Shown here: positions 29,744-40,621 of the stretch, in pieces
Numbering within the stretch: position 1 is the first letter of the stretch
How the letters are laid out: the number at the start of each line of letters is the position of its first letter
Assembly (NCBI GenBank): GCA_024684085.1
Contig: JAIKXM010000038.1
Coordinates: forward strand, 8,895-72,894
Source: Lachnospiraceae bacterium
GTDB lineage: Bacteria > Bacillota > Clostridia > Lachnospirales > Lachnospiraceae
DNA: 64,000 nucleotides
Reading direction: 5' to 3'
Position numbers and translations under genes: made by a program
The notes under the pieces: model-generated
The model's input: the letters and a program-made list of their open reading frames with translations, nothing else
What the model was told of the DNA's origin: nothing
Databases searched by the model: none

Positions 29744-30832
29744 ATGATTTCCAATCAGGTACTTCAGGGTACTGTAGATAATGTTAAGAGTATTGCAAGA
29801 GTAGAATTATGTATAATCGATGTAGACGGCAAGGTGATCGCCTCGACCGATTATGAGATTGAGAATTCGATCCCCAATGCGCTTGAACTGGCTAAGTCGC
29901 CTGCGGACAGCCAGGAGATGAATGGCTGTCAGTTTTTCAAGATCTATGATGAAGGTCAGCTGGAGTATATTCTGGTCATTGCCGGTTCGGGTGAGAATCT
30001 GTATACGCTCGGCAAGCTTACCGCGCTTCAGATCCAGAGCCTTATAGTCGCATATAAGGAGAGATTTGATAAGGATAACTTCATTAAGAATCTGTTGCTG
30101 GACAATCTGCTTCTGGTGGATATTTTCAGTCGTGCCAAGAAACTGCATATCCAGTCGGATGCAAGGCGTGTGGCATTCATAATAGAGAGTCCGGAGAGCA
30201 AGGACGATAATATCCTTGAACTTATGCGTACCAGGCTCGGTGGCAATAATAAGGACTTTATCACTGCCGTAGACGAGAAGAATATAATAGTAGTCAAGGA
30301 ACTGAAGCCCAACAGCAGCGAGAAGGAAGTTCAGAATATCTGCCTTCAGCTTAAGAGTATCCTTAGCGAAGAGAATATCAAGGGCATCAGGATCTCCTGC
30401 GGAACGGTTGTCAAAGAGCTCAAGGAGGTCAGCCGTTCATATAAGGAAGCCAAGCTTGCACTTGATGTAGGTAAGATTTTCTTTGACGAGAGAGATATCA
30501 TAGCGTATAGTGAATTGGGCATCGGAAGACTGATCTATCAGCTTCCCATCCCTCTGTGTAAGCTGTTCATCAAGGAGATATTCGACGGCAAGAGTCCGGA
30601 CGACTTCGACGAGGAGACACTGGTTACTATCACCAAGTTCTTCGAGAACAGCCTTAATGTATCCGAGACGTCAAGACAACTGTACATCCATCGTAATACA
30701 CTGGTGTACAGACTTGATAAGCTGCAGAAGAGCACAGGGCTGGATCTCAGAGTGTTCGAAGATGCGATCACTTTTAAGATCGCACTCATGGTAGTTAAAT
30801 ATATGAAATACATGGAGACATACGAATATTGA
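29744..30832 (+). CDS. PucR/CdaR family transcriptional regulator (paralog 2)
   Basis: NSLNVSETSRQLYIHRNTLVYRLDK HTH; ATG at 29744 after GGAGG. Confidence 0.92.
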   Translation: MISNQVLQGTVDNVKSIARVELCIIDVDGKVIASTDYEIENSIPNALELAKSPADSQEMNGCQFFKIYDEGQLEYILVIAGSGENLYTLGKLTALQIQSLIVAYKERFDKDNFIKNLLLDNLLLVDIFSRAKKLHIQSDARRVAFIIESPESKDDNILELMRTRLGGNNKDFITAVDEKNIIVVKELKPNSSEKEVQNICLQLKSILSEENIKGIRISCGTVVKELKEVSRSYKEAKLALDVGKIFFDERDIIAYSELGIGRLIYQLPIPLCKLFIKEIFDGKSPDDFDEETLVTITKFFENSLNVSETSRQLYIHRNTLVYRLDKLQKSTGLDLRVFEDAITFKIALMVVKYMKYMETYEY

Positions 30833-30957
30833 TGAGCAGATGGGTCTGCCACAGCTTACGGACACCGGCACGATGAACGGATGCGGTGTCGCGTGATGAG
30901 AGGCGATCCGACAGATTCGATATTCAATGAAGATTTGTCTTCGGAACGGAGTTTAAA

Positions 30958-31698
30958 TTGGCTTTTGGTAATAAGAAAACAAAGCGTGTTATTCCGAGCG
31001 ATGATCTGATAGTGCTTGAAGATGTGGTGAAGACCTATCAGGACGGGAACGGCGCGCTGGCTCTTAACGGTATAAGTCTTACCATTAAGAGAGGTGAATT
31101 TGTCTTTATAGTAGGAGACAGCGGATCGGGTAAGTCGACCCTGATCAAGCTGTTGCTCAGGGAGCTTACGGCTACCAGTGGCGATATATATGTTAACGGT
31201 CAGAATCTGTCCACTCTGAAGCACAGTGCGATCCCCAAGTACAGGAGGAAGCTCGGAGTCGTATTCCAGGACTTCCGTCTTCTTAAGGACAGGAATGTCT
31301 ATGAGAATGTTGCATTTGCTCAGAGGGTCATTCAGACACCCAACAGACTTATTAAGAGAAATGTGCCTGCAATCCTGTCTATCGTAGGACTTGCGGGTAA
31401 GTATAAGGCCAAGCCCAAGCAGCTTGCCGGCGGTGAGCAGCAGAGAGTCGCACTGGCGCGTGCTCTGATCAATAAGCCGCCGATCCTGTTGTGTGATGAG
31501 CCTACAGGTAATCTCGATCCTACCAATTCATGGGAGATCATGAAGCTTCTCGAACAGATCAATAAGAGAGGCACGACCGTAATAGTGGTTACTCATAACA
31601 GTGAGATCGTTAATGAGATGCAGAAGAGGGTTATCGCGATCAAGAAAGGCGTTATAGTAAGTGACGTAGAGAAGGGAGGCTATATCGATGAATATTAG
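30958..31698 (+). CDS. ftsE: cell division ATP-binding protein FtsE
   Basis: [27 protein letters not shown]; upstream of ftsX. Confidence 0.93.
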   Translation: MAFGNKKTKRVIPSDDLIVLEDVVKTYQDGNGALALNGISLTIKRGEFVFIVGDSGSGKSTLIKLLLRELTATSGDIYVNGQNLSTLKHSAIPKYRRKLGVVFQDFRLLKDRNVYENVAFAQRVIQTPNRLIKRNVPAILSIVGLAGKYKAKPKQLAGGEQQRVALARALINKPPILLCDEPTGNLDPTNSWEIMKLLEQINKRGTTVIVVTHNSEIVNEMQKRVIAIKKGVIVSDVEKGGYIDEY

Positions 31699-32584
31699 TT
31701 CTTTTTTCTACACTCTGAAGCAGGGCGTCAACAGTATCTTCCGTAACGCATGGTTCTCGCTTGCATCTATAGCGACCATCTCATCCTGCCTGTTGTTGTT
31801 CGGCATATTCTATTCGGTAGTTGCCAACTTCCAGAATATAGTCAAGCACGCTGAGGAAGGCGTTGCCATAACGGTATTCTTCGATGAGGGTCTGTCAAGC
31901 GAAGACAAGCAGCGTATCGGTGAACTGATCGCAGCCCGTAAGGAAGTTGAGAAGATCAATTTCGTATCTGCCGATGAGGCGTGGGAGAGTTTCAAGGAAG
32001 AGTACCTTAAAGAGTATGCAGACGGATTCACGGAGAATCCTCTTGCCGAATCCGAGAATTATGAGATCTATATGAAAGATATCTCCATGCAGAATTCGCT
32101 CGTGGATTATCTTAGGACTGTAGACGGTATCCGTCAGATCAACAGTTCACAGAAGACGGCGGATGCCCTTTCCGGAGCCAACAAGCTCATCAGTTATATC
32201 TCCATCGGTATCATCGGGATACTGCTGGCGGTATCGATCTTCCTTATAAGCAATACGGTTCGGATCGGTATCTCGGTTCGTAAGGAAGAGATCAATATCA
32301 TGAAATACATCGGAGCCACGGACTATTTCGTAAGAGCTCCTTTCGTAGTGGAATGTCTGATAATCGGTCTTATAGGCGCTGCCATTCCTCTGGGGCTCAT
32401 TCATTTTATCTATAATAAAGTGCTCCAGATGATAATCGACAGATTCGGCGAGATCGAGTCTATTCTGGAGTTCCTTCCTGTTCAGACTGTTTTCCACACT
32501 CTGGTTCCCGTTTCATTCATTATCGGTGCGGGGATCGGATTCTTCGGTAGTGTTGTAACTGTTAGAAAACATCTGCGAGTTTGA
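31688..32584 (+). CDS. ftsX: cell division permease FtsX
   Basis: ISNTVRIGISVRKEEINIMKYIGAT..PF; four TM segments; overlaps ftsE. Confidence 0.93.
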   Translation: MNISSFFYTLKQGVNSIFRNAWFSLASIATISSCLLLFGIFYSVVANFQNIVKHAEEGVAITVFFDEGLSSEDKQRIGELIAARKEVEKINFVSADEAWESFKEEYLKEYADGFTENPLAESENYEIYMKDISMQNSLVDYLRTVDGIRQINSSQKTADALSGANKLISYISIGIIGILLAVSIFLISNTVRIGISVRKEEINIMKYIGATDYFVRAPFVVECLIIGLIGAAIPLGLIHFIYNKVLQMIIDRFGEIESILEFLPVQTVFHTLVPVSFIIGAGIGFFGSVVTVRKHLRV

Positions 32585-33960
32585 TTTTAATTAAGGATTT
32601 GATGCACAATATGAAGAGTTTTAAGAACAGTCTCCCATGTGTGGGTGTTCTGCTTGTGATCATATCGGTCTTATTATGTGCAGGTCTTACGCTTGCGAAT
32701 ATCTGCGATCTGGGCTTCAATGTTCAGGCGACTGAAAGCGGTTCTTCTTCTGATGACGGTTCCGGAGATGACTCCAAAGAAGATAACGAAGAAGAGTCTT
32801 CCGAGGAAGAAGACAAAGCTGATATGGATGCCATCAGAGCAAGTATCAGCGAGAAACAGAATCAGATCAAGGAAGCCGAGAATGAGAAGAAGAAGGTTCA
32901 GAGCGATCTGACCAATGTTAAGAAGATAGTCAGTTCTCTTAAGGACGCCAAGCAAGATCTTGAGTACTATGTGACCCAGCTTGACGGTAATCTCAGTGAT
33001 GTTCAGGATAAGATAACCCAGCTGAACGGTCTTATTGTTGAAAAAGAGAAGGACATTGAGCAGAGTGAGAAGGACCTCGCAGAGGCTGAGAGGATTCAGA
33101 AGGATCAATATGAGTCGATGAAGAAGAGGATCCGCTTCATGTATGAGAAGGGTAACGGATTCTATCTTGACCTTATCTTTGGTTCGAGTACTTTCGGCGA
33201 GATGCTCAATAAGGCTGATTACATTGAGCAGATGTCCGCTTATGAGAAGAAGAAACTGGATGAGTTCAAGGATACCTGCCTTTATCTCGATTCGTGCAGG
33301 CAGGGTTTGGAGAGCGACAAAGAATTACTGGAAGCTGCCAAGGCTCAGGTCGAAGCGGAAGAAGATAATCTTCAGCAGCTGATCAGCGCCAAGGAGCAGG
33401 AGATCAGCAATACAAGCGCAGACATCAGCAATAAAGAAGCGGCAATAGCCGAGTATGAAGCGGATATCGCTGCAAGAAATGCGATCATAGCAGCACTTGA
33501 ACAGGCGATCGCCGAAGAGAACAGGAAGCTTGAAGAGAGTGGCGGTACCGCAAGGAAGTATGACGGTGGTATGTTCCAGTGGCCGGCACCTTCATATACA
33601 AGGATATCCGATGATTACGGTTACAGAATTCATCCGACACTGGGTATCACTAAATTTCACAACGGTGTAGATATGGCTGCTCCCGGAGGTTCGCCGATAC
33701 TGGCAGCCTATGAAGGCGAAGTGGTTGCGGCTGATTATAATTCGTCTATGGGTAATTATATAATGATCAACCATGGTGACGGATTATATACGATCTATAT
33801 GCATGCTTCGGCATTGTATGTATCCAAGGGACAGACAGTCTCTAAGGGAGATAAGATCGGAGCGGTCGGTACGACAGGCCGTTCTACGGGTAATCATCTT
33901 CACTTTGGTGTACGTAAGGACGGAGTATATGTCAGTCCATGGAATTATCTGAGTAAGTAA
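32581..33960 (+). CDS. coiled-coil M23 peptidase (murein hydrolase/activator)
   Basis: long coiled coil, HNGVD (HxxxD) and HLH (HxH) intact; start uncertain. Confidence 0.9.
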   Translation: MILIKDLMHNMKSFKNSLPCVGVLLVIISVLLCAGLTLANICDLGFNVQATESGSSSDDGSGDDSKEDNEEESSEEEDKADMDAIRASISEKQNQIKEAENEKKKVQSDLTNVKKIVSSLKDAKQDLEYYVTQLDGNLSDVQDKITQLNGLIVEKEKDIEQSEKDLAEAERIQKDQYESMKKRIRFMYEKGNGFYLDLIFGSSTFGEMLNKADYIEQMSAYEKKKLDEFKDTCLYLDSCRQGLESDKELLEAAKAQVEAEEDNLQQLISAKEQEISNTSADISNKEAAIAEYEADIAARNAIIAALEQAIAEENRKLEESGGTARKYDGGMFQWPAPSYTRISDDYGYRIHPTLGITKFHNGVDMAAPGGSPILAAYEGEVVAADYNSSMGNYIMINHGDGLYTIYMHASALYVSKGQTVSKGDKIGAVGTTGRSTGNHLHFGVRKDGVYVSPWNYLSK

Positions 33961-34025
33961 ATATCTGGTCGGCCGGTGCAACCGGCCGATCTGTTTTTGA
34001 GTATCAGATGTAAGAGGTTGTTGTT

Positions 34026-35276
34026 ATGGAAGAAAAGATGGAGAGAACTGAAGAATATAATAGGAAACCGGGCTTCGGAGCGGGACTTATGGTCGGTATA
34101 CTCGCGGCTTTGGTCGTTGTATCGATCATCTGTGTGATCATTATCCTGTTGCCTTTTGACGGTAAGTTTACCCTGGGTACGGCAGCAGGTACAACGGACG
34201 GTCTTCTGACAAGAGATGTTGTCCAGAAGGTCGGCATGATCAAGAAGACCATCGATGAGTATTATCTGAATGATTACAGCGATGAAGATATGGCCAACGG
34301 GATCTATCAGGGAATGCTCGACTCTCTGGGCGATCCGTATGCGGATTATTATACCCAGGAAGAACTTCAGGCACTCATGGAGGATTCTCAGGGAATCTAT
34401 TATGGTATTGGTGCATATATCATGATGGATAAGGAGAATAATTATTGCGTTATATCCGGAGTTATCGAAGGCACTCCTGCCGAAGAAGCCGATATACATA
34501 CCGGAGATATAATCTATAAAGTTGACGATGTCATGGTGGGCGGAATGGACAGCAGTGAGGTCGTTAAGCTGATTAAAGGTGAAGAAGGAACTTATGTGCA
34601 CATCACTTTTATAAGAGACGGCGAAGCCGATTATGTTGAGAAAGATGTAGAGAGAAGGAAGATCAATACGCCGACAGTCTCTTATGAGATGCTTGATAAT
34701 AAGATTGGTTATATAGCGGTATCGACTTTTGATGAAGTCACAGTCGGTCAGTTTAGCAAAGCGCTTAAGAGTATAAGGGAAGAGAATGCCCGCGGACTCA
34801 TCCTTGATCTCAGGGACAATACCGGAGGAAGTCTTGCAGTGGTGTGCGATATGTGCAGGGAACTGCTTCCACAGGGTATAATCGTGTATACGGTGGATAA
34901 GAACGGCGAAAGGGATGATTATACCAATACCGTAGGCAAAGCTATCGATATACCGATGGTGGTTCTTGTCAATGATTACACGGCAAGTGCTTCAGAGATC
35001 ATGACCGGCGCACTTAAGGATTACGGTCTTGCAAAAGTTATCGGCATTACGACTTTCGGAAAGGGCATAGTACAGAAGGTTGTTCCGCTGATCGACGGCA
35101 CAGCCGTTAAGATGACGATCAGTAAGTACTATACTCCGAGCGGAGTCTGCATACACGGAACCGGTATAGAGCCGGATATCGAGGTTGAGTTCGATGCCGA
35201 TAAATATGTCAATGACGGAACCGACAACCAGCTCGAGGCTGCTATCGACGAGATTATGCGTGAACTCGGAGAATAG
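34026..35276 (+). CDS. S41 family carboxyl-terminal protease
   Basis: LGDPY, GIG PDZ loop, DLRDNTGG, ASASE, TFGKG, GIEPD. Confidence 0.93.
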   Translation: MEEKMERTEEYNRKPGFGAGLMVGILAALVVVSIICVIIILLPFDGKFTLGTAAGTTDGLLTRDVVQKVGMIKKTIDEYYLNDYSDEDMANGIYQGMLDSLGDPYADYYTQEELQALMEDSQGIYYGIGAYIMMDKENNYCVISGVIEGTPAEEADIHTGDIIYKVDDVMVGGMDSSEVVKLIKGEEGTYVHITFIRDGEADYVEKDVERRKINTPTVSYEMLDNKIGYIAVSTFDEVTVGQFSKALKSIREENARGLILDLRDNTGGSLAVVCDMCRELLPQGIIVYTVDKNGERDDYTNTVGKAIDIPMVVLVNDYTASASEIMTGALKDYGLAKVIGITTFGKGIVQKVVPLIDGTAVKMTISKYYTPSGVCIHGTGIEPDIEVEFDADKYVNDGTDNQLEAAIDEIMRELGE

Positions 35277-35283
35277 GCGGATT

Positions 35284-35364
35284 GTTACTGTTCACAGGTG
35301 TCTGTTCGCTACAGGAAATATATTTCCTGTAGCTATTCACAAAAACACAGGTGTGAACAGTAAC
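35284..35364. mobile_element. 81-bp MITE-like element (family B, short form)
   Basis: perfect terminal inverted repeat GTTACTGTTCAC/GTGAACAGTAAC flanked by the 8-bp direct repeat GGCGGATT. Confidence 0.8.
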
Positions 35365-35382
35365 GGCGGATTCTGATTTAAA

Positions 35383-35432
35383 CGAACATATATTCGAAAA
35401 TCATTGAAATCGAATTAAGGAAATGGTACACT
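35383..35432 (+). promoter_or_regulatory. LexA (SOS) box and sigmaA promoter of uvrBA
   Basis: CGAACATATATTCG (Gram-positive CGAAC-N4-GTTCG type); TTGAAA-17 bp-TACACT. Confidence 0.75.
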
Positions 35433-35513
35433 GTTATAGGTGTACCATTTTTTACAGTGTCTGTGCGGAAGGTCCGTTAGCAGCTTCCGCGCATTTTTGA
35501 GGATATATCGGAG

Positions 35514-37496
35514 ATGGATTTCAAGCTTCATTCAGAATATCAACCAACCGGCGATCAGCCGCAGGCGATCAAAGAACTTGTCGACGGTTTCAAAGCGGGC
35601 AACCAGTTTGAGACCCTGCTCGGCGTTACGGGTTCAGGTAAGACCTTCACGATGGCGAATGTCATAGCGGCGCTGAACAAGCCCACGTTGATCATAAGCC
35701 ACAACAAAACACTTGCGGGACAGTTGTATGGTGAGATGAAGGAATTTTTTCCGGAGAATGCTGTTGAGTATTTTGTGTCGTACTATGATTACTATCAGCC
35801 GGAGGCGTATGTGCCTTCTTCGGATACTTATATTGCCAAGGATTCGTCTGTTAATGATGAGATAGACAAGCTGAGATTATCGGCTACGGCGTCGCTGACT
35901 GAGAGGCGCGATGTTATAGTCGTATCGAGCGTAAGCTGTATCTACGGTCTGGGCAGTCCGGATGATTATAAGGAGTTGATCGTATCCTTAAGACCCGGGC
36001 AGCAGAAGGATCGTGACGATGTAATAAGAGAGCTTATATCGATCAGGTATGATCGTAATGAATATGATGTGGACAGGGCGACGTTCAGAGTCCGGGGTGA
36101 TTCGATAGATATCTATCCGGCTCAGGGCGGAGACAATCTTATTCGCGTTGAGTTTTTCGGAGATGAGATAGACAGGATAGCGGAAGTGGATATGGTGACA
36201 GGTAAGATCAAGTGTACACTTGAGCATGTTGCCATTTTTCCGGCATCACATTATGTAGTGCCTACAGAGAAGATCGAGAAGGCCTGCAAGAGGATAGAAG
36301 ACGAGCTGGCTGAGCGGATCACTTTCTTCAAGCGCAATGATAAGCTGATCGAGGCACAGCGAATATCCGAGAGGACTAACTTCGATCTTGAGATGCTTAG
36401 GGAGACGGGCTTCTGTTCCGGCATCGAGAACTATTCCGCGCCCATGAGCGGGCGTCAGCCGGGTGAGACACCCATGTGTCTGCTGGATTATTTTGATGAC
36501 TTCCTGCTTATCATAGATGAGTCGCATATCACCATTCCCCAGATAGGAGGAATGTACCACGGTGACCGTTCAAGGAAGAATACGCTGGTGGACTACGGGT
36601 TCAGACTGCCGTCGGCTCTTGATAACAGACCGCTTAACTTCGAAGAGTTTGAGGATCATCTGGATCAGATCATGTTCGTGTCGGCGACTCCGGGTGATTA
36701 CGAGGCCGACCATGAGCTTCTGAGAGCCCAGCAGATCATACGTCCTACAGGGCTTCTTGACCCCGAGATAAGTGTTAGACCTGTTGAGGGTCAGATAGAT
36801 GACCTAATAGGAGAGATAAGGAAAGAGACTTCTTCGGGCAATAAAGTGCTTATCACGACCCTTACGAAGAGGATGGCGGAAGATCTTACCGATTATCTGA
36901 AAGAAGTGGGCATCAGGGTTCGTTATCTTCATGCAGATATCGACACCCTCGAACGGGCAGAGATAATAAGAGATATGCGTCTGGATGTCTTCGATGTTCT
37001 GGTAGGTATTAACCTTCTCAGGGAAGGTCTTGATATACCCGAGATCAGCCTTGTCATAATATTGGATGCAGATAAGGAAGGCTTCCTTCGTTCGCGGACT
37101 TCACTTATCCAGACCATAGGACGTGCTGCCCGTAACAGTGACGGACGTGTCATAATGTATGCCGATAATATGACCGACTCCATGAGGATGGCGATAGAAG
37201 AGACTGATAGAAGAAGGGCCATCCAGCAGGCATATAATGAAGAACACGGCATTACCCCTCAGACTATAAAGAAGGCTGTAAGAGATCTTATCAGCATATC
37301 AAGAGAAGTGGCCAGGGAGGAGATGCGTTTTGAGAAGGATCCCGAATCAATGAATGAAGAAGAGCTTAAGCGTCTGATCGAGAAGATCGAGAAGCAGATG
37401 CGAAAGGCTGCGGCAGAATTGGATTTTGAGACCGCTGCCGAACTTCGTGATAAAATGGTGGATCTGAAGAAAGAATTGGAGAATATGGAGAAATAA
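35514..37496 (+). CDS. uvrB: excinuclease ABC subunit B
   Basis: [32 protein letters not shown]-terminal UVR domain. Confidence 0.97.
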   Translation: MDFKLHSEYQPTGDQPQAIKELVDGFKAGNQFETLLGVTGSGKTFTMANVIAALNKPTLIISHNKTLAGQLYGEMKEFFPENAVEYFVSYYDYYQPEAYVPSSDTYIAKDSSVNDEIDKLRLSATASLTERRDVIVVSSVSCIYGLGSPDDYKELIVSLRPGQQKDRDDVIRELISIRYDRNEYDVDRATFRVRGDSIDIYPAQGGDNLIRVEFFGDEIDRIAEVDMVTGKIKCTLEHVAIFPASHYVVPTEKIEKACKRIEDELAERITFFKRNDKLIEAQRISERTNFDLEMLRETGFCSGIENYSAPMSGRQPGETPMCLLDYFDDFLLIIDESHITIPQIGGMYHGDRSRKNTLVDYGFRLPSALDNRPLNFEEFEDHLDQIMFVSATPGDYEADHELLRAQQIIRPTGLLDPEISVRPVEGQIDDLIGEIRKETSSGNKVLITTLTKRMAEDLTDYLKEVGIRVRYLHADIDTLERAEIIRDMRLDVFDVLVGINLLREGLDIPEISLVIILDADKEGFLRSRTSLIQTIGRAARNSDGRVIMYADNMTDSMRMAIEETDRRRAIQQAYNEEHGITPQTIKKAVRDLISISREVAREEMRFEKDPESMNEEELKRLIEKIEKQMRKAAAELDFETAAELRDKMVDLKKELENMEK

Positions 37497-37500
37497 GTCC

Positions 37501-40335
37501 ATGAAGATAAGGCCTAAAGAATATATAAAAGTAAGAGGCGCTGCCGAACATAATCTTAAGTCAATCGATGTGGATATACCCAGAGACAGTTTTGTGGTAC
37601 TGACAGGACTGTCAGGCTCGGGTAAGTCATCGTTGGCATTTGATACCATATATGCGGAAGGACAGAGAAGGTATATGGAATCCATATCTTCTTATGCCCG
37701 TCAGTTCCTCGGACAGATGGAGAAGCCTAATGTTGAGATGATAGAAGGGCTGTCTCCTGCAATATCGATAGATCAGAAGTCTACTAACCGTAACCCGAGA
37801 TCTACAGTCGGAACGGTTACCGAGATATATGATTATTTCAGATTGTTATATGCGAGACTTGGCCATGTACATTGTCCGAATTGCGGCAAGCCTATAGATA
37901 AGCAGACCGTTGATCAGATGGTGGATCGCATAATGGAGATGCCTGAGGGTACGAAGCTTCAGATCCTCGCTCCTGTTGTAAGGGGCAAGAAGGGTGAGCA
38001 TACCAAGGTTATAGACAGGGCATCGAAGAGCGGTTTTGTCAGAGTCCGCATAGACGGTAATATATATGATCTCTCCGAGGAGATCAGTCTGGATAAAAAT
38101 ATCAAGCATACCATTGAGATTGTGGTAGACCGTATAGTTGTAAGAGAAGGGCTTGAGAGTCGTATAACGGATTCGATGGAGACGGCTCTGAAGCTTGGTG
38201 AAGGCATAGTCAATGTTGACGTTACGGGCGGAGAGCTTCTTGTCTTCTCAGACAGCTTCGCCTGCACGGATTGCGGTATCAGTATAGCGGAAGTTGAGCC
38301 CAGAAGCTTCTCTTTCAACAATCCTTTCGGAGCCTGTACGGTATGCTTCGGTCTTGGATATAAGATGGAATTTGATCCCGATCTGCTGATCCCCGATCGC
38401 TCGTTGTCTTTGAATCAGGGGGCAATATCGTGCATGGGATGGCAGTCGAGCAGTAAGGAGGGAAGTTTTACCCATGCTACGCTTAAGGCTATGAGTGAGG
38501 CTTACGGCTTCTCTCTGGATACTCCGTTCGAAGAGCTTCCGGAGAAGATCCGGGAACTGATAATATACGGTAAGGGTGCCAAGGCAGTCACGGTTCACTA
38601 CGAGAGCCAGAGAGGAGTGGGTGATTATTCGATCACTTTCGAAGGCCTTATAGATAATATGATGAGGAGATATCGAGAGACTTATTCCGAGAGCTCCAAG
38701 GCCGAATACGAAGAGTATATGCGCATAAGTCCCTGTAGTGAATGTAAGGGAATGCGACTTAAGAAAGAATCGCTGGCCGTTACAATAGAAGATAAGAATA
38801 TATATGAGGTGACGACGATGTCGATCGCTGAACTTCAGCGATTCGTAGGAGGATTGACACTTACCGAGAAAGAACAGATGATAGGATGTCAGATTCTGAA
38901 GGAGATCAATGCAAGAGTCGGTTTCCTTATGGATGTCGGTCTTGATTATCTGTCATTGTCCCGTTCGGCTTCTACCCTGTCCGGTGGCGAGGCACAGAGA
39001 ATAAGACTTGCGACCCAGATAGGTTCGGGACTTGTGGGTGTATGTTATATACTTGATGAGCCCAGTATCGGTCTGCATCAGAGAGATAATGATAAGCTTT
39101 TGGGAACACTGAAGCACTTAAGAGATCTGGGGAACACCCTTATAGTGGTAGAGCATGACGAGGATACGATGCGCGCGGCGGATTGTATCGTAGATATAGG
39201 ACCGGGAGCCGGAAGTCATGGCGGAGAAGTTGTAGCCGTGGGTACTGCCGAGGAGATCATGAAGGTCAAGGAGTCTGTGACCGGTCAGTATCTGAGCGGT
39301 AAGCTTAAGATACCGGTTCCGAAAGAACGCAGACAGCCTGCGGGATGGCTTACGATCAAGGGCGCTTCGGAGAATAATCTTAAATGTATCGATGTTGATA
39401 TCCCGATAGGAGTCATGACCTGTGTGACAGGTGTGTCAGGTTCGGGTAAGAGTTCGCTCATCAACGAGATACTCCATAAGAGTCTTGCACGTAAGCTCAA
39501 TCATGCAAGGGTTATACCCGGCAGATATGCAGGTATTGAAGGATATGAACAGCTGGATAAGATAATTGATATAGATCAGTCGCCCATCGGGCGTACTCCG
39601 AGATCGAACCCTGCTACATATACCGGGATGTTCGATCTGATAAGAGATCTCTATGCGGGTACTCCGGATGCCAAGGCGAGAGGGTACAGTAAGGGTCGGT
39701 TTTCTTTTAACGTGAAGGGCGGACGATGCGAAGCCTGTGCCGGTGACGGTATAGTCAAGATCGAGATGCACTTCCTCTCGGATGTATATGTTCCCTGCGA
39801 AGTATGTAAGGGCAAGCGATATAACAGAGAGACCCTTGATGTTAAGTATAAGGGTAAGAATATCTATGATGTATTGGATATGACTATCGAAGAGGCTCTG
39901 GAGTTCTTCGAGAATGTTCCTAAGATCAGAAGCAAGGCGCAGACGCTGTATGATGTCGGACTCGGATATGTTAAGCTCGGACAGCCGTCAACTACTCTTT
40001 CGGGCGGAGAGGCGCAGCGTATCAAGCTGGCATCGGAGCTGAGCAGGAGAAGTACGGGTAAGACGATCTATATACTTGATGAGCCCACGACGGGACTTCA
40101 TTTTGCCGATGTTGCCAAGCTGATCGAGATACTTAAAGTACTGGTTGAAGGCGGGAACACGGTAGTCGTGATCGAGCATAATCTGGATGTCATTAAGACG
40201 GCGGATTATATAATCGATATGGGACCCGAAGGCGGAGATAAGGGTGGAACCGTGATCGCCAAGGGTACACCCGAAGAGGTGGCAAAAGTTAAGAAGAGCT
40301 ATACAGGGCATTATGTTGCCAAGATGCTCGAATAA
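37501..40335 (+). CDS. uvrA: excinuclease ABC subunit A
   Basis: two ABC modules ([16 protein letters not shown]), LSGGEAQR twice, zinc fingers. Confidence 0.97.
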   Translation: MKIRPKEYIKVRGAAEHNLKSIDVDIPRDSFVVLTGLSGSGKSSLAFDTIYAEGQRRYMESISSYARQFLGQMEKPNVEMIEGLSPAISIDQKSTNRNPRSTVGTVTEIYDYFRLLYARLGHVHCPNCGKPIDKQTVDQMVDRIMEMPEGTKLQILAPVVRGKKGEHTKVIDRASKSGFVRVRIDGNIYDLSEEISLDKNIKHTIEIVVDRIVVREGLESRITDSMETALKLGEGIVNVDVTGGELLVFSDSFACTDCGISIAEVEPRSFSFNNPFGACTVCFGLGYKMEFDPDLLIPDRSLSLNQGAISCMGWQSSSKEGSFTHATLKAMSEAYGFSLDTPFEELPEKIRELIIYGKGAKAVTVHYESQRGVGDYSITFEGLIDNMMRRYRETYSESSKAEYEEYMRISPCSECKGMRLKKESLAVTIEDKNIYEVTTMSIAELQRFVGGLTLTEKEQMIGCQILKEINARVGFLMDVGLDYLSLSRSASTLSGGEAQRIRLATQIGSGLVGVCYILDEPSIGLHQRDNDKLLGTLKHLRDLGNTLIVVEHDEDTMRAADCIVDIGPGAGSHGGEVVAVGTAEEIMKVKESVTGQYLSGKLKIPVPKERRQPAGWLTIKGASENNLKCIDVDIPIGVMTCVTGVSGSGKSSLINEILHKSLARKLNHARVIPGRYAGIEGYEQLDKIIDIDQSPIGRTPRSNPATYTGMFDLIRDLYAGTPDAKARGYSKGRFSFNVKGGRCEACAGDGIVKIEMHFLSDVYVPCEVCKGKRYNRETLDVKYKGKNIYDVLDMTIEEALEFFENVPKIRSKAQTLYDVGLGYVKLGQPSTTLSGGEAQRIKLASELSRRSTGKTIYILDEPTTGLHFADVAKLIEILKVLVEGGNTVVVIEHNLDVIKTADYIIDMGPEGGDKGGTVIAKGTPEEVAKVKKSYTGHYVAKMLE

Positions 40336-40402
40336 AATAGTACGTAAGATAACAGTGTTGGACGATTTGTGGAAAACGATCGAAAATACTGTTATTTTGC
40401 TA

Positions 40403-40430
40403 TAAAGATTTTATAATTTATATCCGATAT
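40403..40430 (+). promoter_or_regulatory. putative sigma28 (SigD/FliA) promoter
   Basis: TAAA-16 bp-TCCGATAT upstream of the mbl-flagellar rod operon. Confidence 0.55.
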
Positions 40431-40621
40431 TTAGATTGATAAGTATTTCCAAGCGGCAAAACTTCGTATATAATAGTGAAATGAATGGACTTAAGGCTCG
40501 GTAAGGCATATTCGATCATGGAAAAAATACCTGCTGATGGCATTAACAAACTGTGATCACAGGTCGCAAAAGTCCATAGTGTAAGGGAAGTCAGTTTTAG
40601 AGTATAGAAACGGAGTTAATT

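Noticed and set aside
30833-30957. Several hairpins between PucR paralog 2 and ftsE
   Set aside because: No recognisable motif, no second copy, no covariation evidence available
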